A DNA stretch of 64,000 bases from Branchiostoma floridae (lineage: Eukaryota), in contig NC_136191.1 of the NCBI RefSeq assembly GCF_015852565.1, positions 11,848,578-11,912,577 on the forward strand, read 5' to 3'. The notes beneath the pieces were generated by a model. That model worked only from the letters and a program-made list of their open reading frames with translations, had not been told where the DNA came from and did not search any database. Each line of letters begins with the position of its first letter. Positions within the stretch are counted from its first letter, which is position 1. The position numbers were made by a program, and so were the translations under genes. Positions 12,893-26,060 of this stretch are shown here, in pieces.

Positions 12893-15800
12893 ATGAGTTC
12901 TACTACACCAGAATGGCTTGAGGACTGCAAACATCATGTCACAGAGACCAGCGTAAGTTTTTATCTCATGTTTACTAAGAAAATGTCAACAAGTGTGTAA
13001 AACACTGAAGCACCGTTATGTCAACCCCGACGTGCACATAGACCAAGGAGCCTCCTTGCCTCTATTCATCAAGGTAATAAAACTCATAATTAGAAATGAC
13101 AATTTGAGTTGATTCTATAAAGTAATATAAACAGTTTTCTGTAGCTTTTTGATTCTCCCTAATTTGTCCAAGACCAAAGGTGTGACCTTCCTTCAGCATC
13201 AATTATCTCAAAATGATTTAGTTTCAGTCAGTTTGATAAGATGTAAGTTCAATAATTATTGCAATAAAAATACACTCCATTTTGTGAACCTATAATAATA
13301 TAACTAAATCATCACCAGCGCCATTATTCCTTGTTTTAAGGGGAAAATTATGCGCATAGTTCATTCTCTACCAAAAGAAATGTGAACTTCAAGATAATAT
13401 CAAGTTAACACCTGTATACTGTAATAAAGGGTTACTGTTGGCTTTAGGGTGACAAGTTGAAAAATGAGTCACAGATGATAACCTGATTTTCCCATCCAAT
13501 CCAAACATGGCAAAAAAGAACCAAGAACAATGATACTATTTAAACTGATGAATATATAAATGTTCTTCTGTGTATCTGCAGGAATGGAAGGGCTTCACTG
13601 TGGAGTTGTTTGATGCAGTACAGCAGCAGCTGACAGAGAGTCATGTGAAGTACTTCAGTGATCTGTCAGAAGCTGAAAAGGAACTCTTCATGGAGAGGGC
13701 TGTCAGGGCCATTCAGCATGGTAGGTGTACAATCAATTATTCAGTAGTTACATTCTTTTGGTTACATAGAATGATAAAGAGTTATCAAATAGGAATTCAG
13801 GTGAAGGATACATAATACAAATGCCTTTACTAATAGCTCGTGTTCCACTGGCTATGTCACTGGCTATTTTCAGACAAAAGTCATAAAACGTAGTAACAAT
13901 CAGAAAATATTTTTTTATATACACAAGCGATATATGTTACAATTTGGAAATGCTAGTGGTTGTTATTAGAGGCTAGCTCCATATCGTCTGAAAACCTTTC
14001 ACTATCAATCTACATTGAACGACTTCTTACAATTGAAAATGTGTTTCCATTTGATAGACGCCTTATTACTGGTATCAGTTCTTCATCTAAAGATTCTTAA
14101 TAAAAAAATCAGATCAGTCCATTTGCAAAGATAAATGACCAATCACTTGTTCCTCCCAGGTTCCTCCTTCACCACCCTGAATGCCCAGGTGTCTAAGATG
14201 CTGGACATGGCTCTCAACAACGAGGTGGCCCGAGAGCTCCTGGAGGACCATCCGGTCAACACCAAGTCCGACCTGGTGCTAGGCCACGCGCGGGATGGAG
14301 CGGTCAGTCTTCTGCAGCGGTGGCCGGACATGAGGGACAAGTTACACCTGTGTCTGAACCAGCCCCTCCCCCCTACACTCAGGCAGCTGGCATGGAAACT
14401 ACATCTCAGGAACTCCAAATGTATGTGTATTTGGCAGGGCTGCAACTTGAAACTTAGAATTATATGGTTGATTCTTGATAGTGAGTTATATCCATACAGT
14501 TTTATTTGGGGCTAATCTGCCTCTCTCTGGTGGTTTACTGGTATGTGGCTTTGTTTTTCCTAATACTGCAACTAAAAGTCAATTTTCTTACCAAAATCAT
14601 ATCAAATGTACAATATTTTCTTTTGTATATCTTTACTTCTAGTGCGGCGACAGTATGCCACTGCTGTGAAGACTGAGTCCCCCTCGCTGAAGTCACCCTG
14701 GCACAGAGAGATTTGTCAGAAGTGTGAAGACATCTTGCAGTCCGAGCCAACCTTCAAACCTCTGGCAAACCATTATGGTAGAGTACCAAGCAGTGTGCAT
14801 GTCTATAACTGTTCATGATGACTTACAATAGCGGACACATGTTGACACAATTAACAGATTGTCCTATGGGTAAAGCAAAAGATAATCTGTTTTTTGTCAT
14901 CTAAGCTAGCATACAATATCAAGATTACTGTAACAGTTGCTCTGTAAACTACATGTGTAGGGCTTGGATTTTGACTGTGTTCTACTTGTGTTTTCAGTTG
15001 CTGAGGCTACATGTGTTATGTCTACACATAGTCTACTCCTCATGCAGAAGTACTAGTACTAGTAGTTAGATACATGAATAGAATGTATAATTCTTTGCTT
15101 CAGTTGTACAATCAACACATAACATGATAATCACAGATTACTTGTAATTTTTTGTAGGTGTGCTGACTGCAATGCAGTCTGTCCTGTCCTACTACCATGC
15201 CAGTCTACAGACAGCCTCCACCCTGCCTGACATGGACTACCTGTTACTGGTACCATTCCTGGCTGTCACACAGAACACACTGTCCGGGGACTCCGCTGCT
15301 GGGGACAATGTTAAGGCACTACTGGTGGAGGAGTTTATAACATACATGGCACAGCGACCTGGCTACATGAGGGAGTCAGGGGTGAGGGTAAGTCAGGCAG
15401 CACTCACTCAGGGGGCTTTTACACTAGCACGTAGTCCTTGTGATCAGAGTTTGCCTGTTAGATAAAATGCATGATACACATCAATTTGCCTTATTCATTT
15501 CCTATCATTTATAGCCGGGGTTGCCCAGCTCATTATGTTGTTTATTGTCACTGCTTCTTAGTGGGTCCTGCATTACAAATGAATAAAATAAGTAATGTAC
15601 ACATACAATCACATGCAAGCAAACATACAACAAATGATAAATATGGTAATGATAAAGAATAATGTAAACAATAACTTCAAGATAACAACAATAATTAATA
15701 CTCATAATCAAGAAATTTATAAGAAATTTTATTTGTAAGAAATTTCATAAGAAATGGTAGGTGGGAATAAGGCATTACATGATGTACAATGTACTTGTTT

Positions 15801-18800
15801 TTCAGGCAAGTCATGGCCGTCTTCATATGTTTTATTTTATTTCACCACATTTTAAGGACTTCAGTGATGAGAAGCTGGTGTTTGCAGACACTGTAGCAGA
15901 CTTGCTGAAGCAGCATGATGACCACCTAGCAACTGCCATCAGTACTGCATTTGCCACAGAAAAGGGTATGATGTTACAATAGTTACTGCCTGTTCTCATT
16001 TGTATTGTTGTAGACTGCCGTATATTAATGTATGTAACCACTTATTCTTCATTCGTGTATCAGTGAGGACACCTTGCAACTCACAGAGAATCGCATGTTA
16101 AGGCAAGACTGCTTGTGTCTAAATCTTTTTTCACCCCCAGTAACTCCCAGTCGTACCAGCCTGGAGGAAGGCCTGCAGACACTACTGCAGCCACTTCTTA
16201 GGGTCATGTTTGTAGGTGAGCAACCTTAAGTCCTCATTAAATTCTTTACCAGGATACAGTAGAAGCCGCTTAATTGCACACCGTATTTGCCAGTAGATTT
16301 CGTGTAATTAACCGGATGGTGCAATAATGCGAAGCTATCTAGATGGACCACACTGGCTTCTACTGTAGATATGATTCCATGAAACATATTAAGTCTAATG
16401 TACTGCAAAACATACATTCATTCCATATGATATTTGTTTTAACCTATATGCAATTGTTTTAGCCAGCATTGCTCTGTAGGAGAGTGTTTAGTCCTATATA
16501 TGCCTTATGCAGTAAGTACAAATTCTAGTGTCTAGGACACTTCACACAGCTGTATGTTCAACACCAGTTGCTTACCTTGGTGTATATATTCCACAGGATA
16601 TCTCCAAATGGACTGCCTCCTGTATATCTGGGACCAGTATATCATCGGACTAGATGTCCCAGCCTACCAGGTTCTCCCCACCATCTCTACTGTACTTCTC
16701 ATGCTGCTCAGGGAACATTTCTTCAAGTGCAAGAATGTAAGTGACAAAAAACTTAGTACTGTATCTAGAAATCAAAGTACAGTTTGAGATTGGAAGACAA
16801 GTTTTTCTGTGTTGGTACATTAACACTATTTAAAACTTCATTCCAACATATAGACTAGATCCACCAGTGTGCATGTGAGATGAACATGCAATCAAAACAC
16901 ATGATATTGATGGAGTCTAGACCTTTCAAATTTGGTTATAGGCTGTGTAAAATCCTACCAGTTGGTACTTCAAATCAAAATTGTCATTACTTTTTGCTAA
17001 TAGTAGAAAAATGAGTCAAAAAGCCTGCATATTTGCTGTGTCAGTGAAACTCTGTGTTTTCTTCCCCAGTCTCATCAGATGGAACAGGTTTTGCTGAGCC
17101 ACAGCCGGAAGCTTCACATGCACCAGTTCCAGTACGAGATCAACAAGAGATTCTACAGGACTCTACACGCTCAAATCCACAAGGACGACAAGTCTACCAT
17201 GCCTGTCCTTGATCCTACACAAAGTCAGTTATCAAAAAGAAATATTGAGTTTGAAAAGATTTTGATGATATATTATGCACAAAGGGAAAGTCAGTGTCAT
17301 GCATCAGCTAGACTTTACACATTTAGACAAGTATGAAATTTGTTGACAACTCTAATCAATAATAATGACAATGTGGGTTCAGAATGCTCTTTGCCAAGTT
17401 TTTTTCATTTGTTATGAATCATACTGGAGTTGAAAGTCTTTTGACAAGAAAAAAGAATGTGCCCTGCTCATAATATTTCCCACAAAATGTTTGATTCGTA
17501 CAATATAGAATTGGGACAAGATTTCAATCAGAAGATGAAGTAGAAGTTCACATTATATATATTATTTATACATTGTACTGTAATGCAAATAAAGGATTGT
17601 GGATGTCTTAAACTTGAAGTTTGAACTGACCACAGGTGTAGGGATGCCCCCTCCATGGACACACTGGTCAGTAGAGAAGCTCCCTCCCAGACAGAAGGCC
17701 CACGATCGCAGACAGGCTAGAGAGGAGAGGGAGGCACAGAGACTCAGGTACACTGGAACAACATGTGAAGGCATATACTCTTATACTATTTCTGTTCCTC
17801 TTACACAACCTTTTCTTATAAGTAACATGCTTTGGTTTTATATACAGTATGCCATTTCAAAGTAACAGCTGTTGCCTCTAGGATGACAATACGTCATGTT
17901 GCAATTGACAAGCTCCTCACACCTGTATTAATCTGTAGATCTGGGTTTTATTTTCAGGTTTGTTGAACAGCAAAAGGCAGAAGTGGAGATGAAGCAGGAA
18001 GATGAACTTGCCAGAAAAAGGTATGTGCTTCACTACAAATTGTTCCTGATAATTATTACATGACATTTGGTACTAGGAATTCTCAATAATTAAAGAAATG
18101 TAAGCAGAAACTGACAGCTTTGTACAACAGAAAAGAAGGAGAATTAGTTTCAGTAAGCCTTCTAACTGTGTCATGTATGAATATTTATGTAGGGAGGAGG
18201 AGAGGCAGCTAGAGCTAGCACTGGAGCAGTCCCGTCGTCAACAGGACCAGGAGAGACTGGCACTGGAACAGGAGCTGGATGCGGTCAGAGAACACTTTGA
18301 TTATCTAGGGTCTACGAAAGTCGTCAACTATAATATTGAAATTATTTTTGTGACTTTCCTTGTTGGATCATAAAAAAAAGAATCTGTGATTTCTTGTGGT
18401 TACAAAATGGCTACATCTGTAGTGATCCTTTGATCATTAACATGTTATGTACTTGTAAGTATGTTGATGTCTCATTTTTTGCAATATGCAAGACATGTTG
18501 TTCAAGACATTGCTTTTGCAATGAAACTAAAACCCCAAAAAATTATATTTTGTAACTTTTTAGAAGTTGTTCCTTGATGTTTATTTATTTATCACCCCAG
18601 GAGCGACAGGCGAGATACGAGCTACAGAAGCGAGCTGATGACCAGATCGCCCTGTTACAGAAACAGATCGACGAACTTAAGAGAATGAAAGATACCAAAC
18701 CTGTAAGGACAATTCCTAACACAATATATATCACTTGATAAAGTACATTTTGTCTAAAATGGTTCAGTGAGTAAATAAGTGTACCACATGTATCCATGTT

Positions 18801-20946
18801 GTATGTCCAGAACCTTTCTAGAATGAATTGTATGTTAATACCTCAACTTTGTTTTCAAGTCAAAGAGCCAACTATATGATGGGTGCATTGTCATTGTAGA
18901 GTACCATCTAATACCACTGACATGTTCATCCTCATTTATAGAAATCTGCAGCACCATCAGAGACCCTATCAGCAATCAGGTGAGCAACAAGTACTTAAAA
19001 ATGCTTTTAGTCTTTTAAAGGGTATGGAATCCAAAAAAACTTTTTATATCAATGTAAGATTGAGCTTACTTTTGCCTCAATGTTTGTCTTTTGCTGTGTT
19101 TCCAATGTGTTAGTTACCGCTAAGAGCTTGTCATCTGACAGTCATGTGATATTCACATGATCCTCCCCCCTGTTCCCAGTCTGAAGGCTCCGCCCCCTTC
19201 AGCTGCCACTCACGTGACCAGGACCTGGCCAGTCGCCCCCTCTCCTGCCAGGTCAGAGCCCTCCCGGCCCCCCGGGACACCAGACGCAGTCAAGGCTGAG
19301 ACTATGATGCGAGACTTAGTGGGGCGGATCATGCAAGGAACCAACTTCTGTTAGTATAGAATCATAAACGCATTTTGTGATGTTACCGATATATATATAT
19401 ATATATCTGCTAGGTTAACCCAGCTTTAAGGGTCAGATTTACTTTAATTTCCGTAGTGTTTGTCTAAGTGTTCATGTTTACAATGTACACACCCTAGGGA
19501 TGTTGTGCTTGGCCTTTCCTAAACAAGATAAGAAACTTCGAGAAGAAAAACAGAAAACTACTGCCAAATGAACTGACTTCACAACTATATAAAGAAGGAC
19601 TAGAATGAAAGCATCCTTCTTTTAAATCTGTTTAAACCTGAGACACAGTTCAACACCGACTAAGATAGCCTTCAGTAAAAACTATTTCAATGTTTCATGG
19701 AAGTCCCAGGTTACATCTTCAATGATTTTTTCAAACAAGAAAAGTCACATATCTAACTTAGAGCTTTGATCCATCTCCAGCAGTTGTGATTAGAAAGTAA
19801 ATGGAATCAGTTTATTTTTGTAGTAAACACTAGTAGAATAATCTGTATGATTTACCTTGTTGTGTGTTTGCCTCCTCCAGTGGCACATGGTACTGGTGAT
19901 GAGAAGGATACCTTGGATCAACAGACCAGACAAAGTCTGCAGGCTTACAACAAGGATCGCAGGGAGGCAGAGGTGGGTAACACAGTGGGAGTCACTTGTT
20001 TGGATGGCAACAAAGTTTTTTTGTACACACTCAAGTCTTATTTACCTGGCTGACATTTTGCTGATCTGACACTTTTGTCTGTCACCTCATCAACACTTGA
20101 TTGTGCACAAAGAACTTTGTTATACAGTATTTTACCTACCTAATAAATCTATTTCCACATTTGCAAGATTTTGTACCTTTGCTAGAAGGTTATATTTTTG
20201 CTTAGAATTTGAAGTGGGGTATTTTGTTTGTAGCCAAGTATTATGGCTACCCTAGCTCTACCCAGCTGTAAGACCGAACTATGCCCTAGGAACTTGTACA
20301 GCACAGCACTGTTATTTTTGTCTGTTGAATGAATACGTTTTTTCACTATTTTTGTCTCACCACCACCGGTTTGCTAGGGCATCCTCACTCCCCTGGGCAC
20401 AAAGTCCCGCGAGGGGCATTGCCCAGTTTTACGTAGATGTAGATGTACCAAATAGGTGGTTTATATAATCATTAAGGAAACAAATCTGCTATGAGTCCAG
20501 CTTGCAAGGTGATATAACATTAAGTTAGACTTACATACAGCTTGATACAAATGTAAATTGTCCAAAAGTTTTTACCAGTATACTACACATTTACCACATT
20601 TTATCTATGGAATACTTGCCAATGATTGAGCCAGTCTCACCCCACACTGTACATGTCATATGTATGAAACACTTTCAATGTTTATGACCACAAAAATGTC
20701 TGACTCCACAACCGTCTGTTGTTTATCCAGATTGAGATATTTGGACGCCGAATCAGCTCACGTGATTGGAACAGTATGGCGTCAGGGGAACGTACGGACA
20801 CCCAGGGGAGACTAGCGGATGCTGTTCGACGGAAAGTAGAACAACGACATGGCTCCAACAGTGGACAAAACAACAACAGTCGCCATGGCACCAACAACAG
20901 TCGCCATGGCAACAACAGTCGACACAGCACCAATAGTCGACACTAG
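12893..20946 (+). CDS. TBC (Rab-GAP) domain-like protein with C-terminal coiled coil, multi-exon; catalytic Arg/Gln finger motifs not evident
   Basis: Exons with clean GT-AG boundaries: 12893-12952 (MSSTTPEWLEDCKHHVTETS), 13581-13720, 14160-14420 (contains LRQLAWKLHL, a TBC motif-A-like RxxxW), 14643-14777, 15168-15387, 15806-15965, 16141-16215, 16597-16736 (LLYIWDQYIIGLD...VLLMLLREHF, typical TBC core), 17070-17232, 17634-17747, 17958-18020, 18192-18283 and 18601-18701 (heptad-rich coiled coil EEERQLELALEQSRRQQDQERLALEQELD, ERQARYELQKRADDQIALLQKQIDELKRMKD), 18942-18979, 19180-19354 (runs into a stop). Two further in-frame exon-like segments, 19880-19975 and 20730-20946 (the latter ends in an NNSRHG repeat tail and a stop), may be alternative 3' exons. 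A polyA signal AATAAA lies near 21368. The 3' structure is uncertain. Confidence 0.55.
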
Positions 20947-22040
20947 CCACTGGCTAACTTTTTTACAAATGATTTTAAGATGCTGTGCCTTATGTATATA
21001 TTGTATATGTGTTGTAAAAAGTTGCAGATACATGCATATGTTAGAATGTGCTTTTGTATAAACCTTGATAGATACATCCCTAAAAGTTTAATTGCAATGC
21101 TATATGATGTCAAATACTTATGTTGTCAAATACTTATTGCTGTTTTTCATATTTTTGTCTCTGTTGTGCTGTCCTTGTATATTCAATGGTATGTCATTGG
21201 GTAATAAGTCCCATATTTTAAATGTACCTTAATTGTGCCTTTTACTATGCAAGAATTCAAGTCACTGTATCAATATATATGTTTCATTACTAGATACTAT
21301 TCAAGTCACTGTACCAATACATAATGTTCAATTGTAAAGTTACTGTGTGAATATTGTTACAACAAGCAATAAACTATTATATAGCACTCACTCCTAGGGC
21401 TATTGTTACCCTGTTGCTTAATATGCAACTACTAGTACATCGATTGTCTCAGCATATTGTGGTCAAAATATCTAATAGATATTTCAGTAGAGGGTGTCTA
21501 TAAACATGTAATGTGTCTGTCGTGAATTGTGAAATATGCTCTCAACTTAATATCTCAGTAACTTTTTGCCATGTTTCCCCAACTGGTTTTCTTTAGAAAT
21601 GTCCATGTGTTTTAGACACTTCAAGGTTTCACTTCAATGCCCAAGACACAATAATAAACATTCCTGTCTACACTATCAATTCGTCATCAAGGATACTAGT
21701 AGGTTAGCGAGTCTGAAACAGACAATGTAGGTTTTAGAAGGTTATGTTTTCAGTTGTGCCATGGTTTATTGTGGGTCTACATGAATGTCAACAGTATAAC
21801 TCAGGTGTAACAAGGTGTAGATGGATCTTAATGGTATTTGATATCTTCAGAAATGAGAAAATATTTTCTTATTTGTGTTAAACCACTTTAAAGAAATATC
21901 TCCGTAATTTTTAGCAAGTTACATTTTGGGTGATAGACTTCCTTGCTTAAACATAACCGTAATACAGTACATAAACTGCATTTAGCACAAAGTGTTGTTA
22001 GGAATCCCCATGCAGGTCCTCATGTCGGATCTTTCTCCTT

Positions 22041-22235
22041 GACCAATCAAAACTGGCAGATATTGATCTCATCATCAAAGATAGCCAATCGCGGACAGTT
22101 CTGGTCTGCATTCTTCTGACCAATGACACAATGACACTCTTCAATGGGCCAATCGAAAACTAGGGATGCTTAAATACACTCATCAGAGACAGCCAATCGT
22201 GAAAGGTTCTGGGGTGCTTTCAGACCAATGACAAG
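22041..22235. promoter_or_regulatory. Cluster of six CCAAT(C/G) motifs in about 200 bp, spaced 30-40 bp apart
   Basis: gaccaatcaaaactgg, agccaatcgcggacag, gaccaatgacacaatg, ggccaatcgaaaacta, agccaatcgtgaaagg, gaccaatgacaagcc. It lies immediately upstream of a CpG-rich segment (22260-22440) that ends in a consensus splice donor gaagagag|GTGCTAAG. Confidence 0.4.
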
Positions 22236-22249
22236 CCAGGATTCCCTCA

Positions 22250-25200
22250 GCGTACTAGCAGGTGACAATATTTGCACCTGTGGTGAGCACACCAGTTCTA
22301 AAAAACCGACGCGAGCCCATTGTTATCACTCACGGTCGATTCAGCAACCAGCGAAGACCGTATCCGTTCCGCGTGACAGCGCGCCGTGAGCTGAAATGTG
22401 CGGCCTCGGGAAGACAGACACGACCTGGAGAAGAGAGGTGCTAAGAGTTACCCTACCAATGGCAAGAGTTACCGCAAGAGCACCCACGACATCGGCAGGC
22501 CGAGGAGCCACCAAGAGAACCTACGCTGAGACCTGCGGTGTTCTAAAAGGTGAGACGTTCAGCCAGCTTGTTCGAAACATTCAAACGTCTTTGCCTTCGC
22601 AGCATTTTGCCTTCCATTTACTGACACCACGGATGCTTTAATGTTATCTCAGGCTCTATGTCTGCTTCCCCGAATCCGCCACTAGGTATGTTTTATATGT
22701 CTTGTGTCCGTTAATTAAAGACGTCGGACACTATCCGGTCGCAACTTCAAATTGTAATTCCACTTGTTAACTTTGGAGCTTTTGTTTCTTGCAGTGCGGT
22801 GGGTGATGGTAGGATATGCAAGCATACCGGCCCACCTGAAGCAATGAAGACCGTACCCATTTCTTCTCGCGGATAGCGCACGGCAAGCCGAAATCACGGT
22901 GCAGCCGCTTGAAGGGAGACAAGGAGCTGGGGAAGACTAATGCTGAAAGCTACCGTAATGCTGAAAGCTACCGTAACGCCCGCGACAACGTCCACGGCAT
23001 CGCCCTGCCAGCTCACCGTATGCTTCTCCTCGGAGCCTCCAGCCTCATCTACAAAAGTGACATTGGTGTTCGAAACAGCCGCCAAGCCACGTCGAGAGTT
23101 CGAGGCTTTTTTATTTTCCTTCCGCGAGAGAAAGTAGTCCGTTCTATGACTTCGGGCGTCACCAGCCCCTACAAGAAAGCTTATCGCAGGAGTACATTAC
23201 CGTTTATCTTACCAATGTCAAGTTATTTACAATATTTTAGACTCATTTATTATCTCTGTGGATTTTTGAACCGATAGTTTATCGTTTTCCCGTCAATAAT
23301 ACGGCTCAAAATCTCGTGATTTTCGTGTAATTTCCCCTCATATTTTTTAACTGTTGTAGATTTCAAACCAACAGGAATTTGGGACCACAAGAAAGAGCAA
23401 ACATTGTAGTTTCTGTCGGTATAAGGCTCATCATAGATTTTGAGGGCGTAATGCAAATGCCGCCAATCCGCGCGGAGTCATGTCATAATTTTGACTCCAG
23501 AATAGAACGCGCCCGATTTGACTTTTTCAGTAAATATCGACTCTGGACAGGTCTTCGTCCCATAGATATCGAATCTTTGACCGGAACTAAGTTAACAGTG
23601 GTCCCCCGTATATAAATTCCAACTTTCAAGTTGATATGCCAATCCGAGATGATATAAATATAACTTCAAAAGTTCTAACTGACTACCGTAGCGAACCGCG
23701 TGCCGTTTTGGGACAGTTCTGCGTTCCATGACCCCCGGGCGTTGGGACTACTTACAAGAAAGCCTGCTGCTTGAGTTTACAACTATGTATATTCATCATT
23801 TCATCACATATACAACTTTAAAGCTTCTCACTTCACTCCTTTGGATTTTTAACAAATTTGTCTAGCTGTATCCATTTGATTTTATAACCTGAAATCAGTT
23901 GATTTTAGTGCAATTTCCACCGCTTTATTATCTTGTGACAGATTTAAAAATAAACGGAAAATTTAGTGCACAGAATAGCCCGAATTCTCTTCTTTCAGTC
24001 GGTATATGGCATACTATCCATTTCGTGGCAGTAATAGGCTTTTTTCCCAATTGCGCGAGGGCACCTCATCAGAGGCATTCAAAAAAGAACGCTTCCGCCC
24101 TTGCGTCAACGCCCGTTCCACGGAGCCCGCGCCAGACACGCACCGCCGTATTTGCGTCCTAGTTGCCGTAAGACCAATGTAGCATTTGCTAATTCAGTCC
24201 GTCTCAACACTGTTTTATTCCGTATGCGTCCTCTAACAATACCGGGGATGTGCATCGGTACCGCAACTTGTGTTAAAAAGCCAGCTGTACTCGAATCAGC
24301 TACACCAACAACTTGCAATATTTGCGCGTAAAACAGTAGATAAGGTGACCCCGATAGACATGGACTTTCAAACATTTCCAAATTTCAAACCAACAGGATC
24401 TTTACATGAGTTGTAGTCGAAGATTCGACAAAGCTAATTCACTAGTTATTAAATATAGAATCGAGGGCGTAATGCAAATGCCGTCAATGTGAAATTCGTC
24501 GAAATTTTTGCCCCGTACGGCACCGCCATTTTGCTAATTTTACTATGTAACAAATATGACCATGAAACTAACTTTTATTGCCGTAAAATACCCCCAAAAC
24601 GGTTTATACAGAGAGCACATGGTGTTCCCTTCTTGTACATATAACGCAATATTTGTAAAATGGCCGCCAAATAGGTTTAAAACAGCTGTTTAAGTCGGGT
24701 GAAATTTCATCCAACTGTCACGCGACAAGCCTTTCCTTAGCAACGACGTTGCTAGGGACCGCGGAACACTTCGAACTGCAAATAAAAACGGTTCTATTCG
24801 TGTTCGATTTACTGCGTGGCTTGGCGGCTGGAAAAGGTGAGACATTCGAAGATTCAAATGTCTTGCATTTGCTTTCGCAGCGTTTTGCTTTCTATTTACT
24901 GAAACAACTGATATTTCATTGTTATCATATACTCTATTTCCCGACTAGTGTTCTGCTCGTGTCCGCACGTCATGGGCACAGTCCGGTCTCAATTTCAAGT
25001 AACATTTCTAATTGCAATTGAACACCCCGGCGTTAACCAGCCTTTGTTTCTAGTAGCTTTGCATCAGCTCTGAACCCCAAATCAGAGGAAGGGCGTGTCA
25101 GGTACTGAAGCCGATTGAAGAAGCTACGAGTGCCGAAAAGTGATGCCGCGAGTGCCGTACACCCCCGTGTTGTATGCAGCCAAGTTCCTGAGGCACCGTG

Positions 25201-25660
25201 AAGAAAGACGAACTGTTGACGTGACGTGATATCACCACTGTGAGTCGATCCTACTTGCAACTTGCTCCAACTCAACGCTGATGACTTTGGGCGATTTTTG
25301 GATACTTCTTTTTTTTCTTCTTACTTAGAGGGAAAGAATTACAACAGAGCTTTTATTTACGTGAGCAAGAAGCCTGGCTGTCCGTTTTTATTGCCTGTAA
25401 TTTGACTTTGTTGTCGCGAACCGTTTGGTTACAGTTGCCATTGGGCCTTTGTTTCTTGCAGTGGTAGGTGAGGGAACTTGATGCGTACACCATGTCTAGC
25501 GGAGTAATCGACGTAAGACAGGACAGCAACAGCTACCGATCAGCCCCGTTGTATACAGTACATGAAGCACCATGAACACTCGACTGGTGATATCACACCT
25601 GTAAGTTGATCTTACTCAACTTGCTCCAATGACGTGACGCCGATGATTCCTTTACACTTG
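22250..25660 (+). other. Tandemly duplicated CpG-rich non-coding exon-like modules (possible 5' UTR exons or lncRNA locus)
   Basis: Module pairs: 22540-22650 is similar to 24830-24940 (aaaaggtgagac(g/a)ttc...caaa(c/t)gtctt(t)gc(c/a)tt(c/t)gc..cgcag...ttactga.ac...gtta). 23440-23475 is similar to 24460-24495 (gagggcgtaatgcaaatgccg). 23350-23375 is similar to 24385-24405. 25150-25285 is similar to 25520-25650. The acceptor-like motif ttgtttcttgcag|tg.ggt.ggtga is repeated at 22790, 25045 and 25460. No protein-coding frame is conserved between the copies. Confidence 0.35.
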
Positions 25661-25794
25661 CTTTATATAGCCATAAAGCTGTTGTAATTATATCAAAGAA
25701 AATGTTAGCCTGGTCGTCTTGTTCTTATGCCTGTGATTTGACTTCTTTGGGAGTGACAAGAAGCTGGGAAGGAGACGTCTCGGCAGCTTCCAGT

Positions 25795-26060
25795 CAGAAG
25801 AGACTACCCGGTGTTCGTGTCAGAAGTGATTGTTGTATTTTCGTGAGGGCTTACGTGTCCCATATATGTAATTCGTAGGCAGACGAGTTTGATTTACCGT
25901 TCTTCGTAGAGAATCTAGTCTTATTCACGTAACCCGGTGTTCGTGTCAGAAGTGATTGTTGTATTTTCGTGAGGGCTTACGTGTCCCATATATGTAATTC
26001 GTAGGCAGACGAGTTTGATTTACCGTTCTTCGTAGAGAATCTAGTCTTATTCACGTAATT
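25795..26060. repeat. Direct tandem duplication, roughly 131 bp x 2
   Basis: 25798-25929 and 25930-26060 are near-identical (cccggtgttcgtgtcagaagtgattgttgtattttcgtgagggcttacgtgtcccatatatgtaattcgtaggcagacgagtttgatttaccgttcttcgtagagaatctagtcttattcacgtaa). Confidence 0.85.

Noticed and set aside
19157-19354. Treating ORF 19157-19354 as an independent small gene
   Set aside because: It is in phase with the acceptor at 19179/19180 of the TBC-like gene and is better explained as that gene's terminal, or penultimate, exon.
22262-22641. ORFs 22262-22444 and 22396-22641 in the CpG-rich segment
   Set aside because: They are short and Arg-rich, and not conserved in the duplicated copy at 24.8 kb, where the nucleotide sequence is conserved but the frame is not. 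They are more consistent with non-coding leader exons.
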